A stretch of 32,950 bases of DNA, taken from assembly GCA_000934665.2 (NCBI GenBank), contig JYFJ02004347.1, positions 1 through 32,950 on the forward strand, in the 5' to 3' direction. The position numbers were made by a program, and so were the translations under genes. Every line of letters begins with the position of its first letter. Within the stretch, counting starts at the first letter, position 1. Source of the stretch: Catajapyx aquilonaris (lineage: Eukaryota). Shown one piece after another: positions 1-11,304 of this stretch. Below the pieces are notes generated by a model that did no database searches, was not told the DNA's origin, and saw only the letters and a list, made by a program, of their open reading frames with translations.

Positions 1-748
1 CGGAAATAAGAGAAGGGGGAGGGGTGGTGGTGGTGGTAGTGGTGAGAAAAGGGGGAAGGGGTTCGGGTGGTTGGGGAGGGGGGAATTCGAATTTTTTGCC
101 TACGCAGCTGCGCGCGCACCTGCGGATGTTTACGACATGTACCTGTTGCTAACCAGGACATCAGCCAGGACATTGGCAGGACATCAGCCAGTACCCAGGC
201 GGTATTTTGCGATCGCGAAATACCGGCTCTGAGCCGGTACATGAGCCAGTACATGAATTACAGTGTACCAGTGGTCAACATTCAACATTATTTTATAGCT
301 GGCTAGTGGAGGACTGGTGTATAGTCCGGAGCTGTCATGTCTGAGCAAATGGTGCGGCGATATGGTCCCAGCAATTCCGGAATAAGCTCCCGAGCCTGAA
401 AGACAACCTGAGACCCGGACAACCACCAATTACCGACAGTGTCCTCACTTCTGCCTTAGTCCAAGTGATAAACACTCTCTGACTGCCATTATTTCTCCTG
501 GTGGCATATGGGCAGGCATGCTTGGCTCGCCACTTGGTCTCGTCTGACGGCTGCCGCACCTGCGCATTAGCTGCAAGACGGCGCGCCTACCCTTCCTTAA
601 AAATATCTGAAGCTTCGACGTTCCTGCCCATGCTCATCTTTACCCTGTATGTCACATGGAGTCAAAACTGTAACACCATGAAACTTATTTTTCAACTGGC
701 CCTTGTAATTAAAAATTGCATTAAAATTTTCAATCATTATGTCAACTC

Positions 749-1993
749 ACAAGGAAACTTCACGAGTTGTACATAAAGTTGCTGAATGAAACTTGGCACA
801 ATAATATAGGAAGGGAAGTTATTCACGAAAATGCAAACCATTTCGGCTGAGCAATACAAGGGCAAAAGTTATGACTTCTCGAAGTCAGCCCAGACAGCTT
901 ACCTAAGCAGGAAAGGTAAACCACTGGCATATGAAAAGAAGCATCGCAAATTAGTACTTATGAATGTTTTTAATTATGTGTTCAAAACAAAACACATTTG
1001 AACTACAACGAGCACATCTCATAAATGATAAGTTTGTGCATTGCAGACATGCATCACTTGCACTACTAGTAAAATCGAAGCAGTACTCGGAAGAGTTTGG
1101 ATCACATCAGCCCTCTCATCCAAGTAGCCAGCTTTGTAAATAGCACACTTAATGAAATGAACAAACCAAGGGGTGAAAAACCGACGATGAACAGTCTGCA
1201 GCAAAAGAAAGCTCTGCCGTTGCCAAATTGCGTAATCAAGGGCAATATGCAAAGAGAAGTCAGTTACCTACTTGGCAAAGTTTTTGTACGGCTGGAAGAA
1301 ATAAGCATCCAGCAGCTGCACCAACCCAGTGCACTTGGGTGGCACGTGACGTAAACGTGTTTTGTTTTGAACACTTAATTTTTATCTTTTATTTTTTATT
1401 TTTTTTAAATTTTACCCTGTGATGTCCCTTACGGGAGCTATAGGGGGGNGTGGCATATCACCATCAGTTTTCTATATATATAAAATTATATTTTCACTTC
1501 ATTCTCCGGTGCAAGGAAACAGGGACAATGGGAAAGGAGAGGGATTTTCGGGGAGGGAACATGGGTGCAAGGTGCAATGTCTCAAGTTTGGGCCATGTGC
1601 AGTTCCCCAGGAGGTTAGGTTGCCAGACACCTCCTTGGTGCAGGTCAGAGACCCTCCTGACGCAGGTGAAAGGAAAGTTCCCCAGGCGGGGATCGAACCT
1701 GGGGCCTTTCACACAGCAAGCCGAGACATTACCATCTCGGCCACCACACCTCCCCTCTTGAACACATAATTAAAAACATGCATAAGTGCTAATTTGCTAT
1801 GCTTCTTTTCATCTGCCAGTGCTTTACTCTTCCTGCTTAGGTAAGCTGTCCAGGCTGACTTTGAGAGGTCCTAACTTTTGACCTCATATCGCTCAGCTGA
1901 AACGATTTGCAATTTGGTGAATAACTAACCTGCCTATTTATTGTGCCAAGTTTCATTCAGCAACTCCACATACAATGTGTGAAGTTCCCTTGT
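749..1993. mobile_element. Old palindromic non-autonomous DNA element whose right arm is split by a SINE
   Basis: ~751-998 is the diverged reverse complement of ~1353-1380 plus 1758-1991 (e.g. gttgctgaatgaaacttggcacaata / tattgtgccaagtttcattcagcaac). Confidence 0.8.
1381..1757 (-). mobile_element. tRNA-derived SINE (family A) with 14-bp TSD
   Basis: Minus strand has A box TGGCCGAGATGG, B box GGTTCGATCCC and an A-rich tail at 1381-1413. Flanked by ttgaacac(t/a)taatt at 1367-1380 and 1758-1771. A homologous copy lies at ~28015-28275. Confidence 0.88.
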
Positions 1994-2269
1994 CAGATGT
2001 AGGCCAGTCCAGTCAATTGTTGTTACATGTGGTTCCCCAAGTCTTTCTGCACCACACAAGTCCAAGTTCACCCTTATTGTTCCTTTACAAGAGAGCCCTC
2101 CATTGCAACCCTTGATCCAGAATCTGCAACAAATTCCAGGCCAGTGGCCATTAATTTAAAACGTTCAGTGGAATGCAACCATCACCATAATAAAGCCCTC
2201 ATAGGATGTGCCACATGGGCATAAGTTGGAAACCTTGTGTACTACTGGGTAACAGAACTGATTATTGCA

Positions 2270-2770
2270 AAATATGAGTTTTGTACCTTTGGGTTGACGG
2301 AAAAGAGAGAAACTGTTCAAATTGCACAGTATTTCACAGAATTTATTAGTCCCTGCAGAGCCACATATTTTTCCCAGTGATGGACGACCTGTCAGACACT
2401 ATCATTGTAGAAGTGATTGAAAAAAGTTTTCAATCTCGACTGTCCGTGGTGGTGGGGCTTGTGTTTCTCCCATGACCCTGAAGAGCTACTCTGGCACGTC
2501 GGTAGCTTTGTCTACTGGCAGGGTCTCCCAAGTCAGACAGGTCTTCAGGGTCATGGGAGGAACACAAGCCCCACCACAATGGACAACTAAGGTTGAAAAC
2601 TTTTTTCAAGCACAAGTGTCAACTTTTACAATGATGGTGTCCCGCAGGTCACACATCACTAGTAAAAATGCGTGGCTCTGCAGGGTTCATAATGTATAGA
2701 AGGACTAACACATGTGTGCAATTTTACCTGTCTTTCTCTTTTCCTTCACCTCAAAGGTATGAACTTTATG
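2270..2770. mobile_element. Degenerate palindromic MITE-like element
   Basis: ~2285-2487 is inverted relative to ~2540-2760 (ggggcttgtgtttctcccatgaccctgaaga / tcttcagggtcatgggaggaacacaagcccc). Ends are eroded and approximate. Confidence 0.7.
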
Positions 2771-3545
2771 AACACCCTCGTAGCAGCATTACTTGAAAAC
2801 ATAGCTCATGGAACAGGTCAATCGGGTAATATGCTATGCAGGAGGCAACATATGATATGTATGAAGTGGTAAGCAGAGAGGTGTTTTAAAGGAACTTGTG
2901 CACATACACAAAAATAGATGATTCTTTAGTGAAGAGGGGATTAACCTTAGCAGGGTCATTCCAGCTCAACTGAGTCAGTGTTGCTCGACCATCTCCGATT
3001 TGGCTGAAAAAATCAAGGTGGTACACACCTACACCTAATGTGAAATATCAAATTTCAGCCCTATTGCACAACACTGGTGGAGGAGGTGCTCCCAAAATTT
3101 GGGCCAGCCAGGAAATCAGCCCCTTTTTGGTGAATTATTTCGGTGTGTAGCAGTGGTCAAACCCATCAAACATATATGTCAAAAAAAAGAGGTATGCGAT
3201 TGTGCTGCCACCACACCCACATGGTGCGCAGTAGACTTCTGCACATAAGCATGCACATCCACTTTCGACAACAGTACTTGAATATATCATCAACACGAAA
3301 GTACAGTGGTGGTTTCCATTTCCACCACTGTACTTCCTATATCTTCTCATTTAAAAAATCACTTATTCTTTATTGAAAGGCCCTCATGCATAGTTGCTAT
3401 TTTACAATCTTCAGCTAGGTTTAATTTCATACCCCCTCCCTTCCCCATCCACGCAGTAGCAATAGCCTGTAGTTATTTTTCGGTCATATCTAGGAAATGC
3501 ATTGAAATGTGTGACTGTGGTGTGCAATATTAATATACTTTTTAA

Positions 3546-5472
3546 AGGGAGACTCCACTCAAAGTACAAGTTGGCCTCTAAAAATCGGGGGGGAAATCCT
3601 GATTCCGAGGGTATACGGAGTTTTTCTGAGAGACGAACGGTAAGGCCAGGGCGAGTCGTCAAAGTTCGGCAATTCGAATCTGGCGCAAAAGAGCAGCGCC
3701 TCTTCCGGGTGTGGGCAGAAATTGCCGGAAGATCTTGAGCTGATCTTGAGGCGCCTTTCAGGGAGGAGTAGGATGGAGAGGAAACCTGCCCCAGCCGCCT
3801 GGCATTTTTGGTGTCCAGGGCGTTTCAGTTTGCCGAGGGGCCGCCAGTTGTCGCCAGGGTCTTTTTTGCTCTAGAATCTGGTGCTTTGTATATGGCGAAG
3901 CACTGCGTGAACCGCTGATTTTGGTGATTTAACGAAAATGGCTCGTCCTGAGTTGGACATTTTCGATGTGGATGACAACAGTAGTTATGCGAACATATTG
4001 CCCTGCCGGTCAAGTAGTGGTGACATTACGCACGGAGCATTACACTACCGGTAGCCTACTGGTCGAAAGTTTAGCATAACCCCCCAGCAGAGGTTTTTTT
4101 ATTTCTCAAGCTTAAACTTACAGTACAAATTAAAAGTGCGAGGTACCGTTGAAAGCGTTGTGAATAATTCTACAAAGCAAAAAAGGAACGGTCACTAGGT
4201 TCAACAGAGGCGCAGATATTACCTATTTTGTTTTAAAAATCATTCTTGAACACCTACATTTTCAACTATAAATATTAATAAAGAAAGGTAATCGTCACGA
4301 ATTGATGCTTTATAATTTTTATTTATGGCAAGAAGTAAACGCCGAACATAAAAGAAATTACCACAAAAATTTAAAAAACTTATCTCTCGAACTGTAATTT
4401 TTTAAATTTTCGGCAACGTGAAGAAATGCCGAAAATTTAAAAAATACAGTTCGAGTGATAATTTTGTTTAAAATTTTTGTGGTAATTTCTTTTATGTTCG
4501 GCGTTTACTTCTTGCCATAAATAAAAATTATAAAGCATCAATTCGTGATGATTACCTTTATTTATTAATATATTTATAGTTGAAAATGTAGGTGTTCGAG
4601 AATGTTTTTTTAAACAAAATAAGTAATATTGCGCCTCTATGTTGAACATAGAGTGACCGTTCCTTTTTTGCTTTGTAGAGTTATTCACGACGCCTTCAAC
4701 GGTACCTCACACTTTTAATTTGTACTGTAAGTTTAAGCTTGAGAAATTAAAAACCTCTGCTTGGGGATGATGCTTAACTTTTGACCAGTAATGTACGTTA
4801 ATGCTCCGTGCGTAATGTCACCACTACTTGACCGGCAGGGCAATATGTTCGCATAACTACTGTTGTCATCCACATCGAAAATGTCCAACTCAGGACGAGC
4901 CATTTCCGTTAAATCATCAAAATCAGCGGTTCACGCAGTGCTTCGCCATATACAAAGCACGTGCAAAGCACCAGATTCTAGAGAAAAAAAGACCCTGGCG
5001 ACAACTGGCGCGGCGAACTGAAACGCCCCGGACACAAAAAATGCCAGGCGGCTGGGGCAGGTTTCCTCTCCAACCTACTCCTCCGTGGTACGGCGGCTGC
5101 TGCTGAGAGCGACGTACCAGCAAGGCTTCCCAGACCAAGCCCGCACGGCCTCCTCCAGTACCAATTTGAGCCGTACAACGAGGAGGTGGCCACCCCCACC
5201 CACGACCCGACACCAGTACAGACCAAATATGGCATGGACCAAAGACGGCTGACATTTCAGGCAATTTCTGCCAAGTCCCGGTTGGCGGCGCGCGAGGAGG
5301 GAGCGGACTGGGCCGGGGGAGCAGCTCTTTTGCGCCAGATTCGAATTTCCGAACTTTGACGGCTCGCCGTGGCCTTACCGTTCGTCTCTCAGGAAAACTG
5401 CTTATACCCTCGGAATCAGGATTTCCCCCCCGATTTTTAGAGGCCAACTTGTATTTTGAGTGGAGTGTCCCT
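3546..5472. mobile_element. 1.9-kb near-complete palindrome, Kolobok-like non-autonomous element
   Basis: TTAA|AGGGAGACTCCACTCAAA...TTTGAGTGGAGTGTCCCT|TTAA. Arms pair up to a ~11-nt loop at ~4416-4426; the right arm has extra sequence at ~5085-5320. TTAA TSD with purine-purine start fits Kolobok rather than piggyBac (CCY). Confidence 0.85.
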
Positions 5473-6124
5473 TTAACGAGTTTCATATTTACCATTTGGC
5501 TGCAAATTTTTTTTAAAAGTATGTCACCCAAGAATCAACATATCCAAATACTGCCACAGACCTTCAGCTACTACTGCATGTTTACTCCCTGCTGATCAGT
5601 TTAGAACTCGGGTGCCACATTCACTCCAACTAGAGGTCTCTGCTGCCAAGCCTATTGATTTGTCTCTTGATCACTCCTTTGGCTCTTGCCACCAAAAATT
5701 TATGGAGGTGGAGAAGCAAGTGAAGGACACTTGGTGCATGGTCTGGACCTTTGGAGGATGCTCAGAGGCATTCCGCTTTGGCTGTTGGAGAAGCATGACA
5801 ATGCCAGAGGCACTACCTGCATGGGCATTACTCAAAGTCTGCATATGTTCAAATGATGCACCTGTGAGCACCCAGATAATGGTCCAGACCTTGCATAAAG
5901 TTATCTTCATGTTTTTCCACCTGTAGAGAAAAGAAATTTCAGGTGAGAGGCTAGGGAGCTTGGTGGTAGCAGTGTTCAACATAAGCTAACAAAATTTGGT
6001 ATCACAATAAGGAAAGGCCTAATTCAACATGTTCCTGTGCAGTTGCAGTTACAGGTGTGTGGCTTTGATGATTCCTTTTTTTCAAATTGTCAAAAATATT
6101 GTATGGCCCAATGGTAGAGTGGTT

Positions 6125-6432
6125 CACATCCACAGGGTTCCAGGACATCCCGTGGACACCGAAATCTGCAGATGTACTACATACATTGTAAAATTGTACA
6201 TTGTGCATATGACCTACAATACACATATCCTCCTACATACTTCAAATCATCTCTCGATTGCTTATAATACCCAGAACAATATAAATTCCATGTTAATAGT
6301 TGTTATACTGTATTGTAGTGCTTGGGGTCAAATTCAAGTTGAGATTTTTTTGGAACTGTCTGTTTTTCCCCCAAATATTTTTGATCCTCAGTTGGTTGAA
6401 TCCATGGATGCCGAGCACGCGGATGCCCACTG
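6125..6432 (+). mobile_element. Tigger/pogo-type MITE resembling MER2/MER2B
   Basis: Collinear motifs ggttccaggac...aaatcatctct.gatt.cttataatacc...aatagttgttatactgtattg...caaattcaagtt...gttggttgaatcc.tggatgc, recognised from memory of the MER2-family consensus. Confidence 0.7.
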
Positions 6433-6514
6433 ACCTTATTTTTGAAACACAGCAACATTTATGAGAGTATAAACATGTGGCAGTAAAGATTATTATAATG
6501 AAGTGTAAAGTGTA

Positions 6515-6961
6515 TATTCTTTTGTTTGTATGCCCTTTCTTTATCACGCCTCGCCACAATCTTTTGTTCAACATGCCCCCCCCACCCCCACCCCCACCAC
6601 GATCGTGGTCATTGGCTTTCTCTCAATACACCCAGAGGGGAAGCATATAATTTGTATAATTTTTTTTCTAATGTCAGGAAAATTAACATGTGTGCAGATT
6701 GAACACCAGTAGGTTGGAAGTTGACCCCCCCCCCCCCTCCCTCTGCTGTTGTACTGCTAGGGGTTGTCAATTGTACTGCTAACTTCGTTGTGGCCTTTTT
6801 TGATAGTGACTCCTGTCCCCCGAATGACCATCACCTATAGTCCTATACCATTTTTCCTTTTACCATGTATCCAGAGGTCGTCCCCCAAAAAGGGTCATGC
6901 CCTCAAAAGGGGCTTCATAATAAATGAATAAATAAATGAATAAATAAATAAATAAATAAAT
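6515..6961 (+). mobile_element. 5'-truncated non-LTR retroelement 3' end with (ATAA)n tail
   Basis: (ATAA)n at ~6918-6960; flanked by direct repeat gtgtaaagtgta at 6503-6514 and 6962-6973. Confidence 0.6.
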
Positions 6962-7243
6962 GTGTAAAGTGTAGACTGACAAATGGAGGGTTCCCATTAT
7001 GGACTTCTAAAACATCTTGTGTCTTCAGTACTGTCAACAAAATAGGCAACCTATGGTCATCCAACAAGCCCAGTTAGGACTTTCAATATAGAGGTGGTTG
7101 CATTCCACTGGATATTCATGCAGCTTCAGCAAACATAGGAATATGATTTGGTTTTTCCGTTGCATTTATCACAAAAACGATCCATGATTCCCAACTCTGC
7201 TTTCATACATAAAAGCAAAAGCCTCTCCACAACAACCACATAC

Positions 7244-7401
7244 CACATTCCTGTATCTGATGGCACCATGAGATGTTGATATGAGTCAAGTTGGGACATC
7301 CATCAGCCAGTGACTTGAGGGACAAGTCAGTAATATCAGAACATGACCCAAGGTCTAATCGTTGAAGCTTGGCGCAATGCTTGCTTAAGCTTTGTGCTGT
7401 G
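7244..7401 (-). CDS. FBXL20: FBXL2/FBXL20 orthologue exon (cysteine-containing LRRs)
   Basis: ttttcag|C ACA GCA...TGT G|gtatgt; (S)TAQSLSKHCAKLQRLDLGSCSDITDLSLKSLADGCPNLTHINISWCHQIQEC(G). The next exon was not found in 1-7243. Confidence 0.93.
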
Positions 7402-7467
7402 CTGAAAACAAGACATGCAACATTTCCAAGTTGGCCATAAATTACACAAAGTTTCAGCTAATGTTAC

Positions 7468-7631
7468 CTATCTGTGATCTTCTTGCAGTCATTGAGAACT
7501 AAATCTTCAATGTTATTGCACTGTTGGGCAAATGTCTTCATGGCCCCATCTCCAACAGACTGACATCCTCGCAGGCTGAGTTTTTTCAAGAAACCCCCAC
7601 ATCTCCGTGAAATATTCTCTACAACAGGGCC
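7468..7631 (-). CDS. FBXL20: FBXL2/FBXL20 orthologue exon (first LRRs)
   Basis: ctaag|GGC CCT...GAT AG|gtaac; GPVVENISRRCGGFLKKLSLRGCQSVGDGAMKTFAQQCNNIEDLVLNDCKKITD(S). AAG acceptor; phases are consistent with both neighbours. Confidence 0.94.
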
Positions 7632-7718
7632 CTTAGATATAAAACAAATTTAGAAACATCCCCTTCTGCCTTAACAATACCAAAAAGAGCACACCGCAAC
7701 CAAAAGAGGTGAACATAC

Positions 7719-7848
7719 CTCGATATCTGTCTGAAAGTCAAACAAGTCTATTCGTTGCCAGTTACTGCCATCCAAGGCGAGGACATTCCAGGCCTTGGAC
7801 ACTTGAGCACATCTGCACAACGATATCACATCCAGGTAGGAAAAAATC
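7719..7848 (-). CDS. FBXL20: FBXL2/FBXL20 orthologue exon (F-box core)
   Basis: ggcag|G ATT TTT...ATC GAG|gtatg; (R)IFSYLDVISLCRCAQVSKAWNVLALDGSNWQRIDLFDFQTDIE, near-identical to the FBXL20 F-box region. Confidence 0.96.
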
Positions 7849-8282
7849 CTGCCAATAAAAGAACTTATATAATCACATGGCAAAATTCACATTTTCATAA
7901 ATCAATGCTAAATCACTTGGCACCTAAAGTAGCAACTATATGTTTTCCCATCCAAATATATAAAAAAGAATGGATCCAATCCAGATCCTTTCACGCAAAG
8001 ATGCATCATCCAAAATCATTTCCTCTGAAGGAATTATAATCCTTTTGTCTAAACTCTACAACATTCAAAAACTTAGTTTTTAGAAACTATTTCCTCCAAA
8101 GACCAAAGACCCACTTGCAGCACTGGAGTAAACCATGGTGGGAGTATTTATCCTCCTCTTTGATTCAGGTCAACTATACTATAGGGGAGACCGGGCACAG
8201 TGGTCCATTTTTGAACATTTGAATTTTTATAAGAGTTCCTGTTATATCTACAGAGCCAATATTTTCCAACATGGTGGAGGTA

Positions 8283-8426
8283 CTATCGGGTTCAAATACT
8301 TTTGGCCACTTTATCCTGGTCTTCAAGCAACCCTTCACACACACACACACCTCCTTAATGTGGGGTCTGTGCGAAGGGTTGCTTCAAGACCAGGATAAAG
8401 TGGCCAAAAGTATTTGAACCCGACAG
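8283..8426. mobile_element. Small Tc1/mariner-type palindromic MITE
   Basis: TA|ctatcgggttcaaatacttttggccacttt...aaagtggccaaaagtatttgaacccgacag|TA. Confidence 0.85.
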
Positions 8427-8773
8427 TACATCTCTAGAAATTAATGATTATCAACAAGTCTCGCCACCTTGGCGGAACTTCCCCGTTGCTTCATCTGGCA
8501 CCTCACGGGGCCAGTTCAAACAGGAAAAAGTACTGATAAGACAGAGCTGCTGCTGGAGGAGTGAAAATCATTGCCGTCATTGATTTGAACGAGTGACACA
8601 GACGTTGGGTCTGCCAATTATTAATATAGGTAATACCTCATTATAAGGAGGTTTAGGGGATTATTTAAAACCACTCGAAACATCACTTTATTCATCATAT
8701 CACTTCTTCAATGAGGACAATGTTACCAAATGACAGGTAAGGAGTCGGGTGAGTGGTCTGCCGATTCAATATA

Positions 8774-8845
8774 CAGGGTGACTCTAAAGTCAGGATACAT
8801 AGGTAATTGGATTACATTGTTGGCTTCCAGTTGTGCCAACTCGAC
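8774..8845 (+). mobile_element. Half copy of the Tc1/mariner MITE found complete at 28582-28768
   Basis: TA|cagggtgactctaaagtcag...cataggtaatt.gatt...ttgttgg.ttcca.ttgtg.caact. Confidence 0.7.
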
Positions 8846-8877
8846 CTTTACTGACAACCAAACTTACTCTTTTTACT

Positions 8878-9342
8878 CCCCTGAATTTTGAAAATTTTTG
8901 AATTTTCTATTTCAGCTTGGTCTCTAGTGGTGTGCAAACATCACCTTGGCTGCTAATGCTCACGTTAGCATGATCAAAATACAAGCCAAAAGGTGATATT
9001 CCAAAGCCACAACACTAGCAGCTGGTCGCAGGTCCCCGGTCCTGATATCAGTGATATGTAAATGATTGATTACACTTCATTCATAAATTGCTACATAAAA
9101 TTGATTTCGAAGCATGTGAGGTGATGTTCTTCTAGTTCACGCCACCCAAGAGCGGGCTACAGTTACAGGGACGAGGGGCTGGGGACCTACAACCCACGGC
9201 CGGATGCTAGTGTTGTGGCTTCGGAATATCACCTTTTGGCTTGTATTTTGACCATGCTAATGTGAGCATTAGCAGCCGAGGTGATGTTTTCACCTATATA
9301 GGTTAAGCAGATTTAGAAAAGGCAAACATTTTTAAAATTCAG
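8878..9342. repeat. Palindromic TE remnant
   Basis: ~8878-9030 inverted with ~9198-9342 (caaaatacaagccaaaaggtgatattcc / ggaatatcaccttttggcttgtattttg). Confidence 0.75.
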
Positions 9343-10911
9343 GGCATGGCCAGAAATGGTGGACATCGGCCTGCGCCCATAAGCTCTGTAGGGCTTGCAG
9401 TGTAAAACAGCTGTAACTCGGTTAATTTTGATCGAATTAAGTTTATTTTCATTCCGCAATAAGATAATAGTATACCTACCCCGGCCTACACTGATGACTC
9501 AAAAAAATTAAAATTGCATATTATGTTCTGAGATAATTGGCTGCAGTTCCCTTATGGAGTTTTATGTGGCATTTTTCTCTTGGACCCAAACAAGCAACTT
9601 CCATTCGAAATATTTCATTGAGCTCAAAAGTGCATGAAATATAGGATGTGTGTGACAAAAAGCTGCTTCCATCCTTAAGATTGGTCCACAATGAAGTGAG
9701 ATAAGACAAATCTTATGACGCCCTTCAGTATCCACTGATCTGTGTGCATGGAGAGGATGGGTACCACATGGTGGGCCTCTTCTCCAGTGACCCCACAGCC
9801 GCCTGCTGGTACAGTCACCCATGCCAGATTGGCCATTTTGGGGTTGGGACATAACTAAGAGAGGTGCCAGTCTTTCAATGCTATTCCACATTTACTGCAC
9901 AACCTTCAATTTTGCATTATATACTTTTGCTGGATTTTTCAGGTGTATTGTGTATTTTCTTACAATCTGACATCGGGCCAATTCCACGTGAACGTGATCA
10001 CCTTTTGCACGAAAAAATTTGCCCGTCGATGAGTGTGAGATATGTTTTAATCCAGGTCAAGTTATGACCTTTCCCATAAGGATTTGGACCGCCGATGCGT
10101 GGTTACCTATCTACAGGAGCTAACTGCACTTGGATTTCAGTTAGAGGCGACCCCCTATTACATTTACATGACAACGTAAATGTATGATGTAATACATGTT
10201 TCATGCATGAAATTGTCTCCTCTTTTCGACAAAAATAGTCACTTTCTGATAGCGGTGCAAATTAATGTAACAAAGCGAGATTTTTGCAAACAAATGACAT
10301 TTTCAAAAAAGAGCCAAAGTCAAATGCCATTACAATGATATCAAAATACACTTGATAGTGTCCTCTATCAGTGGTACAAACAGAATTTTGGAATACGAAA
10401 TGGTTACGGAGCTATAGGCACTGACGTGGAGCGCTGCGCGAGTGCCCACACCCAAAGTATATAGAACTACCTGAGGTAGGGCGCTCCGGGCGCTAACCAA
10501 TCAGCAAAGAGGGGGGTGATGACGCGTCGAGAAAGCAAAATGTGGCGGGCCCTTTGAATTTCAGGCTCTCCGCATGGGAAAGATTCGCTCGCGCCTACCC
10601 TTCTAGTCCAGAATATTCAAGTACTAACCACTATGTACTATTCATGCTCCTTCAAGGTATATATGCCAGGTACTCACTTCATCTATTACTGTCGCCGTCC
10701 AGGTGGGTGGGCTCTGTCAGAGTGCACCTTGAGGTCAATGACACATGCCGGCGGAACAAAATAAAAACATCTTCCTGACATCCAAAATGACCAAATTTTT
10801 TTCTCCCTATTGGACACTCCTGAGGCAAGCATGTGACTATAAATGTGACTATAAACCAGGAGCACATTTTCGCACAATGAACGCCTTGTAGTTGTGCTGG
10901 CTCAGGTTTGA

Positions 10912-11303
10912 TGAGTGACTCACTGAGTCACGTATTGCTTCCTTATGCCGTCGCGTTCCATTTCAGTTCAGGGTGGTTCAGGGACAGACCACGGGCAGAC
11001 TGAAAGTGTTTCAGAGTAATCCACAGAGGAACGCGAGTGTCTTTGTCAGGTGAGTTTATACCAAAAATATGAAACGGCAGTGCATTGATTTTATTTATAC
11101 CGGCAAATAAAATCAGCCACAGGCTAATTTCCTAACATACGCGGCCTATTGACACTAAGCGGACCAACTTTGAAGGGCACAACAGATGGTTATAATAATA
11201 TTAACATATAGACATATGCGAGATATTGACGTTGCTCATGATTGCTTTCTGGCCTGCTAAAATGTAATTCGTAATATATCAACATTTGAATATCTGTTTT
11301 CAG
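10912..11303 (+). promoter_or_regulatory. Putative transposase promoter and 5'-UTR intron
   Basis: Paired AP-1-like TGACTCA/TGAGTCA at ~10916-10930, Inr-like TCAGTT at 10963, donor CAG|GTGAGT at 11050, acceptor tctgttttcag ending at 11303, 1 nt before the ATG at 11305. Motif evidence only. Confidence 0.5.
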
Positions 11304-11304
11304 C

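Noticed and set aside
582..595. 14-nt match cgcgcctacccttc to the P TIR (10590-10603)
   Set aside because: A few 14-mer matches are expected by chance in 33 kb, and there is no flanking similarity.
1680..1750. tRNA gene-like A/B boxes (also 28200-28270 and 28985-29050)
   Set aside because: Each continues into a repeat body, one with a tail and TSD; these are SINE heads, not tRNA genes.
2030..2125. Possible next FBXL20 exon (IKGCNGGLSCKG on the minus strand)
   Set aside because: The nearby acceptor gives a frame with an early stop; similarity is too weak.
3546..5472. Palindromes as amplification or assembly artefacts
   Set aside because: Arms carry independent substitutions and indels and end in superfamily-typical TSDs.
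4923..5531. 202-aa ORF and other paired ORFs in palindromes
   Set aside because: Mirror-image by-products of inverted repeats with no recognisable domains.
5671..5982. Minus-strand ORF with a good acceptor and RWKNMKITL (VAMP-like look)
   Set aside because: No SNARE or LRR pattern, and it does not continue FBXL20 in the required phase.
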